In this document: positions 1 through 12,839 of the stretch, in pieces
Layout: each line of letters begins with the position of its first letter
Position numbering within the stretch: position 1 is the first letter of the stretch
Translations under genes and position numbers: made by a program
The notes under the pieces: model-generated
Database searches by the model: none
Told to the model about the DNA's origin: nothing
The model's input: the letters and a program-made list of their open reading frames with translations, nothing else
Origin: Guillardia theta CCMP2712
Lineage: Eukaryota > Protista > Cryptophyta
Direction of reading: 5' to 3'
DNA: 64,000 bases
NCBI RefSeq assembly: GCF_000315625.1
Contig: NW_005434673.1
Location: 596,601-660,600 of the forward strand

Positions 1-94
1 CCCTCCCTCCCTCCCTCGCTCCCTCCCTCCCTCCGCCTCCCTCCCTCCCTCCCTCCCTCGCTCCCTCCCTCCCTCCCTCCCTCCCTCCCTCCCC
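1..94. repeat. (CCCT)n microsatellite
   Basis: Direct reading of a tandem CCCT tract with a few substitutions. Confidence 0.95.
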
Positions 95-1066
95 TGTGTG
101 TTTCTCATTTTATGTCTGCAAGTTGTGTGGAACAGTCTCTACTTTGCTTCCCACCCCACCCTACCCTACCCTAGAACAAGAATTTGTGACCCCTACCCCC
201 TGCAAACATACCCTGAATTGTGTTCGCCACAAAGTCGTGTACCCCACCCTTGCATCAAAGATGTATCTCAGACTGACGACCCCTTGTATTTTTACCCCCA
301 CCCCCCAGATTCCCATTATCATCTGCACACCTACCTTGTGATGCCTTGAAAAGGTACCACCACCACCCCCTCAGTCGCTACACCTGCAGAATTGCCCTCA
401 CACATAAGGTATTAAACACTCGAAACGAGATCCTTTCGAAGATAATCTCTCTATAAATATTTTTAAATTACAAACATAGAACGGTTCGCTAGGGGGCTTA
501 TTAATCCTACTTGTCCACCCACCCACCCTTGGAATCTCTCTACCACCCTCAGAATCACGCCAAGGGGAATGTTCGAATAGAGGGTAGGGGTCCTTACCCC
601 ATCCTTGTATCTTGCCACTCCTTCCTACTGCACACCCTGCCCTTGACCCAGTACTTCTCCTCCTGTCCTCCTCCTCCTCCTGTCCTTCTCCTCCTCCTGT
701 CCTCCTGTCCTCCTCCCCTCCTGTCCTCCTCCTCCTCTCCTGTCTTCCTCCTCCTCCTGTCCTCCGCTTCCCCATCTCTGAACTCTGTCTTCTCTCCACC
801 ATTGCTCCACCCATCTGCCATCTCATACTCCGCCCTCATCTTTGATCGCTACATCCTCGACCTACTCTCCCTAGCCCTTCCCTCGCATCTTACCTCTCCC
901 TCTGACATCTCTCTTCTTCCTGGGGCCCTTATCTTCATTCACTCTAACACCATAGTCTGCTGATCACTCCATCATCTACCTCTACTCCACTTGTTGCACC
1001 TGCTCTGTCGTTCCTGCCCCCCTTCATTCTTCGTCAGCTGATCCCTGACTCTCTCATAACCTCAAG

Positions 1067-3213
1067 ATGAGGGAGGCAATATTCGAGATGGACGACTGCG
1101 GTCCAGCCTCGTGCGTGGAAGTGGAGCAAGGGAAAGAGCAGGCAAAGCCGCCGCCGACCAAGTCGTACGGCATGATGGCTGACATGGACTCGCTCCACGG
1201 CATCATGATGCGACTGGACGAGCCCCGTCACCTCTGGCTCTGTGCGCAGGTGTGCAGGAGCTGGGGGGACGCGACGGTATCAGAGGACTTGTGGAGGAAC
1301 GTGTTCTACATCAAGTTCGGGGACGCGGCGAGGGCGATCGTGGAGGACATGCGCGCATATGAGGGGCTGTCCTTCAGACAGCTCTGTGCTCGAGCCGAGT
1401 CGACCGTCGTGCTCGCCTGGGGTCAAGGCTGCAGCAGCATGCAGGAGAGCTCTGGAGCGCCTCGCTGCCCCACCCTTGTTGGAGGAGGAGGCATGAGGAG
1501 CAACTACGTGCAGCAGGTGTCGGTCGGGCATGAGTTCACTTGCGCGTGCACTTGGAGCGGGCAGGTGCTGTGCTGGGGGAGCAACTCCTTCGGTCAGTGC
1601 GGGGTAGCGCCGAGCGTTGCAAGCTTCGTGCCCGAGCCGCTGCCCGTGGAGCTGCTGGGGTCGGTGGAGGAGGAGGGAGACGCGCTGGTCGCGCAGGTGT
1701 CTTGCGGTTTCGCCCACATCGCCGCGGTCTCGTGCTCAGGGAAGGTGCTGTGCTGGGGAAGCAACGAGCACGGGCAGCTGGGAGTCAGCAAGGAGGCGCT
1801 GTGGGGGTATGGAGGAGGAGGAGTGCACCGGCAGTCGATCAGCGCTGCTCCCCTGCAGGTAATGCTGCCGCATCCCGCGCCGCGCTTCCGCAAGGTCTGC
1901 TGCGGGTCAGAGCACACGGGGGGGCTGACGGAGGAGGGAGTGGTGTTCATGTGGGGGTCCAACGACCAGGGGCAGTGCGGGTACACCGAGCACAGGATGG
2001 AGCTGGGGGAGGAGGAGGCGGTCGATCGCTGGGAGCCGCGGGTGCTTGAGGAGCTGCTGGGGAAGAGGGTGCTGGACCTGGCGCTAGGAGCGAGATTTTC
2101 GCTGCTCCTTACAGAGGACTCGCTGCTCTCGTGCGGGTCCAACACCTTCGGGCAGCTGGGAAGGTCAACCCCGCAGTACCTCGACCCCTGCCCGGGTGAG
2201 CTGCCTTGCCATGCAGAGGAGGAGGAGGAGGAGGAGGAGGCAGGGAAAGGAGGAGACTAAATGGTGTCGGTAGGTAAAGTTGAGTTGAGCACGGAGCAAG
2301 CAATGGGGCAGGAGGAGGGGAGGACTCGCGTGTGCAGCATGTGCTGTGGGGATGATCACGCCCTGTGCTACATGTCCGATGGATCCGTGTGGGCATGGGG
2401 ACGGGGAACTCAGGTGCCTTCTCTTCTCCTTCACATCATCATCATCATCACCACCACCACCACCACCACCACCACCACCACCACCACCTTTCTGTCTCCT
2501 GCTGGGACCGTGAAGGGCGGGAAGGATGGTCCTCACAGAGTCTCAGGCGGCGCTGGGCATGGGAGGGCAGCAGAAGAACACGAGCAGACCGCAAGTGATC
2601 TCGACGCCGCTGGTGAGAGGGAGAGAAAGGAAACTTGAAGTCTCAACCCCCTTGCGCAGGGCAAGAAAATCCTCCTCCTCGCTGCTGGAGGCTCAAGCTC
2701 TGGTGCAATCAGCTCCAGCTTGCAGGGGACGGGTGTTGAGCAGTACAACTGCCTGTACACGTAAGAGGAGGAAAGGGGGGAGGAGGAGAAAGGGCGGGGG
2801 GATGAAAAGGACGGACAGGAGCAGAAAGGGCCAGTGGAAGGAGGGAGAGCGAGGAGCGTGAGCTGAGTGAGTTGTGCGGCAGGTGGGGAGCCAACAGGAA
2901 AGGTGAACTTGGACACGGCGATCTCACGAAGAAGACTGTTCCTAAAGTTGTCAAGGGCGTGAGGTAGGAGGGAGGAGGGGAGGAGGAGATTGCTGTTTCC
3001 CTGATGCCTTCAGCAGCAGAAGCGCCTCTCTCTTCCTGCTCGATCTCGGAAACACTCATAGCGTTGCTCTTGCAGGTGAAGGAGGAGGAGGGAGGGGGGA
3101 GTGGAAATAGAGGAGTGAGGAGAGGAAGAGGAGGAGGTAGACGAGAGAGATGCACTCAATTTTGCGGCAGAGTGGCGGAGGCAGACTCCTGCTCGAAGAG
3201 TTTCAGACGCGGG
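1067..3213 (+). CDS. F-box + RCC1-repeat protein (multi-exon; 3' end runs toward the gap)
   Basis: F-box-like LHGIMMRLD...CAQVCRSW...EDLW, then RCC1 repeats (WGSNSFGQCG, VSCGFAHIAAV, WGSNEHGQLG, CCGSEHT, WGANRKGELGHG, DLGNTHSVAL) across exons. Confidence 0.85.
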
Positions 3214-3240
3214 GTAAGTCAAGTGCCATGGGTGCTTCTT

Positions 3241-3340
3241 NNNNNNNNNNNNNNNNNNNNNNNNNNNNNNNNNNNNNNNNNNNNNNNNNNNNNNNNNNNN
3301 NNNNNNNNNNNNNNNNNNNNNNNNNNNNNNNNNNNNNNNN
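3241..3340. other. Assembly gap (100 N)
   Basis: N run, adjacent to (GA)n. Confidence 1.

Positions 3341-3430
<90 letters not shown>
3341..3430. repeat. (GA)n microsatellite
   Basis: Perfect GA dinucleotide run next to the gap. Confidence 0.98.
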
Positions 3431-3434
<4 letters not shown>

Positions 3435-3488
3435 GAGAGGAGAGGAGGAAAAAAGGTGTCAAAAAAGTTCGAGGAGGGATATGGAAGA

Positions 3489-5580
3489 TTACTTGCTGTT
3501 GAGCAGTGAGAGGAACCAACAAGACAGCATCTCTCTCATTCTCCTCCTCCTCCTCTTCTCGACCAAGTGCCACACCCTCCCATCCAGGTTCACCTAGACA
3601 ACCTCAGTGCCGGTCGCTCCCTCCCTCTTCTCGCTCCACCTCCATCCTCTTCATCAGCTTTCTGTCCCTCTCTCTCCCTTGCTTGTCGTCCCTGGTCAGC
3701 TGTCAACACGCGCTGCCTCCTCCCTCCCCCTCCCCTAGTACCTCAAAAACTCGCACCACATGCTCCACTCATGGAAGCACTTCCCCACCAGCAGCCAGAA
3801 GCTGATCCTGACTGTCGACAGACAAGATTAGATCTTCCTCCTCCTCCTCCTCCTCCTCCTCCTCCTCCTCCTCCTCCTCCTCCTCCTCCTCCTCCTCCTC
3901 CTCCTCCTCCTCCTCCTCCTCCTCCTCCTCATTCCTCTTTCCTCCTTCCTGCTCCCCGCATCTCCAGCTTTGCTTGTTGTGCTCTTCCCCCTTTTCCCCC
4001 TCTCCTCCCCCTCCTCCTCCCCTCCTCAGGACAAGTTCACCGCAAGTCCGCACGATCCTCCCCCTGACGGCATTCTGAGCAGACAGGTGGCTCCATCTCA
4101 GCATCGCGTCCTCAGCACAAGATCTCTTCCTCGCGCTCCTGGCAGCTCCAACCATCAGCAACGGCAGTCGAAGCCACCAGAGGTCACTCACAAGCTCTCC
4201 CTCGCGCAGCTCCTCCCGTGCGATCGTCTCCTCCAACGCGCGACGACATCCCTCCTCCTCCTCTCCCCTCGCCTCGTCGCCAACATCTCCCCTGCCGCTC
4301 TCACCTGCTGGCGGATGGAGCATGCTTCCTTGAGAGAGCGGAGGAGGAGCGACAGGAGGAAGAGGTCGTGCCTCCTTCCGACCCTCCTTTCCAAGACGCG
4401 CCTGACGCGGCCTTCACTTGCGATCTGCCTCCACAGCTCTAGAGTTCGTCCCATCCCCCTCCTCCATCTCCTCCTCTCCTGTGCTGCTCTCTTCCTCGCC
4501 TCCCCCCACCTCAAGGCCCAGCAGGTGATAGAGCAGGAGAGGAGCAGACGGCGAGTTTTCCTCTCCCGCTCCTCCCCCTTCCGTCTCCTCGTCCTCCTCT
4601 CCCTCCACTCCCTCGTCCATGTACTGAACGTCCTCCACAAGCATCTCCCGCACGCCCTTGTCATCACCAGGTAGGAGGCACGAGCGCGTTTCCTGCCTGA
4701 CAGCACGACATCCTTCCACGTGCCCAGGAGGGCTGACAGGCGCCTCCCCTCGAGCTCCTTCACCACCTCCCTCCTCTGCTGCTTCCTCCTCCACCACCTC
4801 TCGAGCCTCCTTAAGCAGCTTCTAGCAAGTCGACGGTCTCCCCGCCTCTCCCTCCATGCCCGCAGGAGTCTGCAGATCCGCTGCTCCTTGTCCAACGCCT
4901 TGACAGTGTCTTGTCTGACCATCTCGACCTGGCGCATCAGCGTAAACGGGCAGCAGACAAGGGACGGCAGCGACCCAGAGCTCGAAGTCGTCCAGGTCAG
5001 CGCAGACCAGGCAGCAGGAGTCGAAGGCTTCCGCCAGCCTCGCGTTGTTCTCTCTCTCTGTCTTGAGCAGCACCTGTGACGTCAATCAGGAGGTGGAGAG
5101 AGGAGGCGAAGAAAGAGGGGGAGGAGAAGCGGAGGAGAAGAGGAAGACAACAGAGGAAGTGGGGAGGGGACAAGGGAGCAGGGCAGGAGGGCAGGAGGGG
5201 AAGGCAGGAGCGACCTTGAGCACATCCTCTCTCGATCGGATCCACTCGACTTGAGTCCTCCAGGTCCTGATACAAGCTCGCAACGACAGGACGAGAGAGC
5301 TTTGAGCATGGAGACTATGGCTTGCTTGTAGCATGTGCAGCAGACAACTGCAACACGCAAGTCAGCCACCATCAGCCACTCGTGCTGGCCTACTTCTTCG
5401 TCGTGCTGACTTCGCGCCATGCCGACAGGCAGGCTCCCATCCTCCTCTTCTCGCTATGCCTGCCGTACGTCTCCACGAGCGAGAGAGTATCACGCCGTGT
5501 CGCCATCAGCTCCTTCCAGTTTCAAGGCAGCGAGTCAGAAGGGAGCAGGAGAGTAGGGAGCAGGAGCAGGAGCAGGAACA

Positions 5581-5643
<63 letters not shown>

Positions 5644-7484
5644 GAAGCAGAAGCAGAAGCAGAAGCAGAAGCAGAAGCAGAAGCAGAAGCAGAAGCAGAA
5701 GCAGAAGCAGAAGCAGAAGCAGAAGCAGAAGCAGAAGCAGAAGCAGAAGCAGAAGCAGCAGCAGCAGCAGCGGGAACGGGAGCAGGAGGAAGAGGGCAAG
5801 GGAAGACCTGCCACGACTCGAACTTGTTCTTCATAACATGCTCGCCAACTTTCTCTCTCATGGATGAGACTCTCCTCCTCTCCCACCGTCGCTCAACAGC
5901 AAGGTGCAGCCAGAACCTCAACTTCACGTGCGTCAGCCGGGGGCAGCAGGAAGAGCAGCCGTCACCATCCTCCTCCTCGTCCGCTGCAGCTCGATCCCAT
6001 CCCTCCTCCTCCTGCTACCGCTGCTGCCCAGGAGACAGGAGTCAGTGTCTTCTGCCTCGCAGCGGATACACATGTGACCTCTCAGCCTCCCCTCGGATCT
6101 TCTTGGGAGGGAGAGGATGGGCGAACCTCTCAAGGAACAAGACGTCTCTCACCCTCGCTGCTCCCGTCACCAGGTCGTCCACGTCACCATCCCGCCCTCA
6201 GCGCACCATCCCAGCACTACCTGGAGAGAGGCAGAGGCCCTTCTTCATGCACATGCACTGCCTGGCGACCCACTTGTCTGCGAGCAAGGAGCAGCAGTCA
6301 GCAACCAGCTCCAACACATTCACCACCACGGTGCTGGCAGACACTCAAGACGACATCGTCACCGGCAGAGAACATCCGCACAACACTGATCGTACTCACT
6401 CTGCCTCCTCGTCATCGCGTTCGCCCTCCACGTCAACTGCACTTTCCATCACTAGAGCCCAACCCCCTGCTCCTTCCCCACCACCCACGACGACAGCCCA
6501 ACGGTTGCGACCTCCTGAGCCATTTGCTCAACTGCCCTCTTGACGGCAAGCTCGTCCCGCAGGGCCTGATCAACTCTTGGATCATCTCTCCCCGCCACGC
6601 CCCCTCATCGCTCCTTCACCTGGACGCAGAGTTGGAGCCGCCGCCTCGCTCGCATCCTCGAGAGGAACTTCACTCTCCGACGGACGCACAGCCTGCGGAG
6701 AGGATGAGACAAGGCCGATCCTGCCCCTATGAGCAGGAGAGACCTCTGAGAGGGGAACAGCAGCTGCTGCCAGTATGCAAACTGAGCGCGAAGCAAACTG
6801 AGTTGGAAGGGAACGGGTCAGAATCCAGCCAACACGCTACGAACGTCAGCACCTCAGCGATCGGAAGGAAGACGCAACGCCAAGTCTCAACTCAAGTCTG
6901 TCCTTCACCCTCCTCCTCCTGTCCACCGCCAAGAGCCTTCCCACCTCGGTGATCATCGACTTGGCACCGGAGAGGAAGATATCGCTCTGCAGCAGGTACC
7001 CTGTAGGTAGCCCCCGCACTGTCAGACGAGACAGGGTAGGGAGATCGGACTGACCTTGCTGCGACGCTCTTGAGAACGTCGACTCCAAGTAGCTGGTCAA
7101 GTTGTCGAGTTTTTCCAGGCACTCAGTCGTGTGAGGGTCCTGCGCGTCGAAGTCCGCCAGCGTCACCTTGAGGGGCATGGAGGAAGCTCGGCGAGCTCTG
7201 TCAGGACTGAGCGGCTTCTTTGACTGCACTGTTGACGGCCCTTGTACTCCTTGTCTTCCAGGAGCAAGCTGCATGCTCTGTGTGCGCGAGAGGGACTTCG
7301 AGGCTCTGTCCTCCGGTCGCGCCTGGATGAAGTCTATTCTCGTCGGCGATTTGACCCCCGCGTTAGCTACCGACCTGCCCAACAGACTCGAGCCATTCAA
7401 GCTGTCTGTCTTAGGCTGCTCCTCTCCCTTGAGAGCAACTTGTCTCCTCGTCCTCCCTCCCTCCCCTCCAAGTTCTCCTGTCAT
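3489..7484 (-). CDS. Multi-exon hypothetical protein with Sfi1-like (W/R-rich) repeats and coiled coil; may be one or two genes
   Basis: ORF 4188-4937 has recurrent L/F-xx-W-R helices (LRAWR, LGTWK, FSTWT, LELWR). Further minus-strand exons have GT-AG borders up to ORF 6846-7484. Confidence 0.5.
3836..3930. repeat. (CCT)n microsatellite, probably intronic
   Basis: About 31 perfect CCT units. Confidence 0.95.
5583..5771. repeat. Compound (AGC)n-(AGAAGC)n microsatellite, probably intronic
   Basis: Direct reading. It generates the spurious poly-SR/QK/AS/CF ORFs. Confidence 0.95.
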
Positions 7485-8184
7485 GCTCGTTCCATTGACC
7501 GTTTTGACTGGTGTCAGGCCTTAAAAAATTATGTTCAGGTAATGGAGTTTCTTATTATTCATTTAGGTAGGGGAAATTTTATAAAATGAACGGGCAGTTC
7601 CCAAATCCCGTCAAATTGCAGAGGCGCAGGCCCGCCGAGATGCCGCGACCACCAAATAGCGCAAGGGGTTCTGGGACTATGTTGAAATACAATATTTCAA
7701 CTAATTCAAAGTAATACTCCTCTAGTGTTCGATATTTGAATGTAATAAATTAAATTATTTGAAATATGTGGAAAAGATTCACCTCTGAGATAAAATCGAG
7801 GTACATTGATGGGGAAGGGAATGATGCAATGGTTCACTCGATTGCACCTTCTCAGGAAAGGTAATCCCCTCAAATTATTTATAGTACTCTTCAATTAAAA
7901 AGCAGTATCTCTCTAACCCCTCTCTCTGCCGCATGACACACAAACTTACTCAGGGTCAACACACCGCACATTTATCGACAGAAGACCCCCGCCTTTTCCA
8001 CTATGACCCACCCACTTTGTACCTAATCTGACGATAGTACCCCTCCCATCCACCCTATTCGAACCCCCACCCTCCCAATGCACACGCCTCACCCTCACAT
8101 TTAGCTTCACCCTCGCCCTAACTAGGGGTTATCCTTCTCCAAACAACCCCATGTACCATGAAATCTTGAGATGAAAGTAGGGGT

Positions 8185-9414
8185 ATGTTGGTACCCCCAT
8201 GTTCTACAACCCACCACCAATTCGGCACTTTGCCGGGTCTGCCACAAGTCCGCTGTGTGTATGTACCCCCACCCCCTGCTGTCCCAGAAAGGACCCCACG
8301 TTTTCATAGCGCACAATTCTCCTCGCCAATGCATTTTCGCCCCGTACACGGCATGCTGCTGGTCGAGGAGCTGCGAACTGCGGTGATCACCTCCATGGAC
8401 GTGAAGGGATCAGAATTCTGTATCAAGATCCCTTCCACCGGCAACTTTACCTGCATGCAAGATGATCCAGAGCTTCAAGCATTCTTCGCTCCGATCGTGG
8501 ACAACAGCACATCATGTTCGATCTCAACTCCTGGCTCACAACCAAGTTGTCCACATACACCAACTCGGCACTCAGAACATAAGAAGATTCAAGCAAATTT
8601 CTTTGGTCTTCCGAGCTTGATGCTTGAGGTACAGCAGCAACTGAACCTCATTCAAGCACCTTGTACCACACAAGACTATGCAATCAAAACGCCTATGACA
8701 ACTCCTCTGTCGCCTTCGAGGACCTCATTTCAGCACCAACGTCTGGTTCAAGCAATATCGAGCATTTCTGAGTCTCAAGTGATTTCATGCTCCATGGATA
8801 GCGTCCCACTGAAAGACAAGCCTGTCTACATGCAACAAGAAGGCCGCTTTGGGTTGCTGGACATCAATTCCCCCAACATGCAAGTGGTGATCGGATTCAT
8901 CATACCAGGGAGTGATGCTTGTTCCATCAAAACGAGGTTGGCGGACCTTCTCAACGTTGAGAATGAGAAGTGGAGAAATAATGAGGGTGTCGCCTCTGAT
9001 TCCACTGACGACTCGCAAGGTTCGGACGCCTACGCAGCCGGAGCGATGCAAACAGATGGCAACATTGCGAAACGCCGTAAGCGTGAGGTGAAGCACGATC
9101 TCGGACGCATCTTGCAGCAAGCTGGCTTTAGAACTCTTCAGAAAAAGGAGAAGACTGGGTTCAACAATTTCGATAGATCATTCCGAAACATTGGAAGCGA
9201 CTGCAAGGCGCTGGTTTTGCTGTTCGATCCAGAGACACTGCGCAAGTACGACGCAGACGTTCTCAGCAAAGCTCGAATGAATTCTGAACAGAGAAGATCA
9301 CGGGGGAAAGAGAACTGCCCGACAAGGCCGAGGACGAAACTGTCAAGGAAAAAACTTGATTTCAGTGTCAACTTCACTCTACCGTCCAACAACTTCGCAA
9401 TGCTTCCGCGATGA
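8185..9414 (+). CDS. Intronless hypothetical protein with basic C-terminal domain (true start probably ~8329-8352)
   Basis: 409-aa uninterrupted non-repetitive ORF with S/P/T-rich N-half and NLS-like KRRKR. Confidence 0.7.
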   Translation: MLVPPCSTTHHQFGTLPGLPQVRCVYVPPPPAVPERTPRFHSAQFSSPMHFRPVHGMLLVEELRTAVITSMDVKGSEFCIKIPSTGNFTCMQDDPELQAFFAPIVDNSTSCSISTPGSQPSCPHTPTRHSEHKKIQANFFGLPSLMLEVQQQLNLIQAPCTTQDYAIKTPMTTPLSPSRTSFQHQRLVQAISSISESQVISCSMDSVPLKDKPVYMQQEGRFGLLDINSPNMQVVIGFIIPGSDACSIKTRLADLLNVENEKWRNNEGVASDSTDDSQGSDAYAAGAMQTDGNIAKRRKREVKHDLGRILQQAGFRTLQKKEKTGFNNFDRSFRNIGSDCKALVLLFDPETLRKYDADVLSKARMNSEQRRSRGKENCPTRPRTKLSRKKLDFSVNFTLPSNNFAMLPR

Positions 9415-10296
9415 ACTGTGCATCTACCTACAGAAAGCACACAAATTTCAGGCAAGGGTGCTAGCCTTCACTCGCGTCCACCTGCCTTGTATCAACACGC
9501 AATCAACTCTTCTCTGGTCTCAGTACGTCCATGTGATTGCTGAAGGAGATCGCACACGACTGGAGAGGGATATACGGACATAATCACCCCAAATCCTATT
9601 GTTGGGGTTAAGTGGATCAAATCTAATGCTATGAAGGGGCAAGCAAGGAATGGGATTCATCAGGTTTCCCTCCTTGTTTTGCTCGTCATCAATCTTAGAA
9701 TTTGTTTTTATGCTGCGATAAAACGAAAATCAAATTTTGTGTCATATATCTCATGATACATCTGGAAATGTGTTCTCCCAAACTTCCTATGCAATCCATA
9801 CTTCCTATGCCAAACGCTGTGCTAGCTGCACCTCTCTTTTCATCCGAGCCATCGTTTTTGTTTATCGTCGTTGTGTTTTGCTGCCTTGACTTGCACTGTG
9901 CCTGGAATCTCTTCCAAACAATCGACAAGTCATCATGTTCGATTCCTTTCTTCCTTTGAAGAATTGAACATTCGATCCCGTCACTCGATCATGTGAGAGA
10001 GGTCGCATCTTGCTTCTCGTCTCACATGCCGTCTCTCCTTGTACTCCCCAGCCCCCCCTCGCCACCATCGTCCCACTTCAATGATGAGTCCTCCCGCAGG
10101 GACCCCCTTTCCATTGCTTCCTCTTCACCGGTACTCACTGATCAGTACCCCCTAAGTTTCGGGTAAAAGTAGGGGTAAAACTTCACTTGGGATCCACCCC
10201 GCCCTGACTACAAATGTAAAAGGGGGTCATGGCAGCATCGTTACATCCTTCGTTACCATGACGTAACGGAAGGTGTTATAAGCCAGCGGCCTCGCC

Positions 10297-12413
10297 ATGC
10301 GAAGGGTAGTAGCGATGCTGATGATAATGGCAGGTGAGATGAACACAAAATCTCCTCCTCATATCTCCTCCCTGTCTCAACTCCTCCTCCTCTCAACTAT
10401 TCCTCCTTGTCGCAACTCCCCCTTGTCTAATCTCCTCTTCCTCTCCCTCCTCCTCTTCATATCACCTCCTACCAACTCCTCCTTCGACTCCTCCCTCTCT
10501 CGCCTCCTGTGGTGTCCAAAATGATTCTTGCCGTACAGCCTCTGCTCCCCGATGTGCAGCATTTTCTTCCAGCTTCCTTTCCTATGAGCGTCGAGGATCA
10601 CAGGCTTTCAAGATGCTTTCGAGGCAGTCTACGCGATCATTCTCTGTCTCCATGTCGGGAACCTCGCAGGGAAGGGCAAGCGCGGCGGTAGCTCAGAGCA
10701 AGGAGAAGTCAACCGGCAAGAAAGAAAAGCTAGATCTGAAGCCTCCCAAGGGGACGAGAGACTTCTACCCCGAGGACATGAGGATGAGAAACTGGCTCTT
10801 TGGCCACTGGAAGGATGTTGCTCGCCTGCACGGGTTCGAAGAATACGATGCGCCTGTGCTGGAGAGCGAGGAATTGTACATAAGGAAGGTGCGATCAAGA
10901 CGCCTCTTTGTGTCTTGCAGTCCCTCCATGTGCTCCACGAGTTGACTGGCTGTGCTCACCGTCCAGGCGGGCGAGGAGGTCACCCAGCAGCTCTACAACT
11001 TCGAGGACAAGGGGGAGAGGAGAGTCTCACTGAGACCGGAGATGACGCCTTCTCTTGCTCGCATGGTCATGGCCAGGGGAAAATCGCTGACGTTGCCGGT
11101 GAAATGGTTCAGCATCCCTCAGGTACTCTCCTCCTTGTCCGTGGTCAATCTGCCGCTGACAGGCAGGTCGTCAGTGCTGGAGGTACGAGCGGATGACGCG
11201 AGGGAGGCGTCGAGAGCACTACCAGGTTCGACCATGAGCCTCCGTGTGCTGCCGACTCACTCGCCCCTCTTGCAGTGGAACATGGACATATGGGGTGTGC
11301 CGGGCATCGAAGCTGAGGCGGAGCTGCTGTCCGCCATCGTAACTTTCTTCAAGAGGGTCGGCATCACAAGCCAGGACGTTGGGATCAAAGTGAACTCCAG
11401 AGCTGTCCTTTCTGAAGTCCTGACGGCCATGGGAGTTCCTGCTGACAAGTTCGCGGCCACCTGTGTGCTGGTGGACAAGCTGGAGAAGGTGAAGCTGGAT
11501 GACATCCGCGGGGAGATGCAGGAGCTCGGGCTCACGGACGAGATCATCACCAAGCTCGTTGCCACCTTGTCCATCAAGGATCTTGACGCCCTAGAGCAAA
11601 CACTCGGGAACGGCTCCAAGGCGCTGGCTCAGGTGACGCGAGTGCATGGAAAGATGCTATGTGGTGTACTGACTCCCCTGGTAGCTGAAGCAGCTCATGG
11701 AGTATGCGGAGGCTTACGGGTTCAGAGACTGGCTCATTTTTGACGCCTCTGTGGTCCGAGGACTCGCATATTATACTGTGAGTGCAGGCCGATGATGCCT
11801 CTCCTTGAGCTTTGGGCTGAGGGAAGTGCAGGGGGTCGTGTTCGAAGGTTTCGACCGCAAGGGAGAGCTCCGTGCGATCTGTGGAGGAGGGCGATACGAT
11901 GAGCTCCTTGCAACGTTCGGAGGGGAGCCGCTTCCTGCCGTTGGGTTCGGGTTCGGTCCGATTCCAATGCTCGTGCTCGAGATGCAGACTGACAACAAGG
12001 TCAGGGGACGCGGTGATCGCAGAGCTGCTCAAGGACAGGAATCTGCTCCCGAACTTTGACAACAACAAGGTCGACGTCGTTGTCTTCCCTCTCTCCCCAT
12101 CGGTGTATGCCTCCGCGGCTGCCGTCTCGGGGGTCGTGCGATCCAAGTCGATCTCCTCCGATCTTGTCCTGGCGAGTTACTTGGCCCCGATAGAGTTGCA
12201 GTGCTGACATGGCGAGCCTGGCAGGAGGACAAGAAGATGAAGTGGGCGTTCAAGCACGCTGAGAGGCTCGGAGCATCGCACCTGGTGATCATAGGCGAGG
12301 ACGAGATTGCCAAGGGGATCGTGCAGGTCAAGAACCTTGCTAAGGGAGAGCAGGTGGAGGTGGAGGTCAGCAAGGTGTCGGACTTCATCGCTGAACAACT
12401 TGCGAGTAGTTAG
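10297..12413 (+). CDS. hisS: Histidyl-tRNA synthetase, plastid-targeted (bacterial-type)
   Basis: [57 protein letters not shown], anticodon domain. Exon 1 (10297-10333) spliced to 10539 gives [24 protein letters not shown], a bipartite presequence in frame with the enzyme. Confidence 0.95.
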
Positions 12414-12839
12414 TGATAATTCGCATGGCATAATGTAGCCTAGTAACCATGAGGCCGCCATCGATCGACCGAGTCGGGAGTCACTAACTGCGCATTGCGG
12501 CCGACTCGCCCGCTGCCACGCGCTGCGATGATCGGATCATCGGATCGGACTCCGGGACTCGGACCCCGACCGTTACGGGCACGGTGCGGTCCGGGTCCGC
12601 CGGCCCGGACACCACCGGGCCCCCTGTGATCGTCGGATCGGATTTAGTCACTCAACGAGTTGTAACCTGACGGTTTGAATCGATTTGACTGAATCGATAA
12701 AATCATCGACTGTCACAAACGGTGCGTCTTCTTGGTCATTCGAAAAAACGTCTTTTCATATCAAAGCAGTGTTAACATGCTGACATAGGCTTCAAAACTC
12801 AGGAGCTAATTTCAATGTTTTATAAAAGATATTTCATAA

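Noticed and set aside
2365-2598. Poly-His / poly-Thr ORFs
   Set aside because: An intronic (CAT)n(CAC)n microsatellite in the RCC1 gene.
5322-5927. SR-rich, poly-QK, poly-CF and poly-AS ORFs
   Set aside because: All are stop-free readings of one microsatellite.
5864-6952. 362-aa plus-strand ORF
   Set aside because: Low-complexity P/R/S composition typical of GC-rich antisense frames. Splice signals favour the minus strand.
7590-7690. Possible snRNA or structured RNA in an AT-rich spacer
   Set aside because: Only a short hairpin (ACGGG...CCCGT). No recognisable U-snRNA or tRNA motifs.
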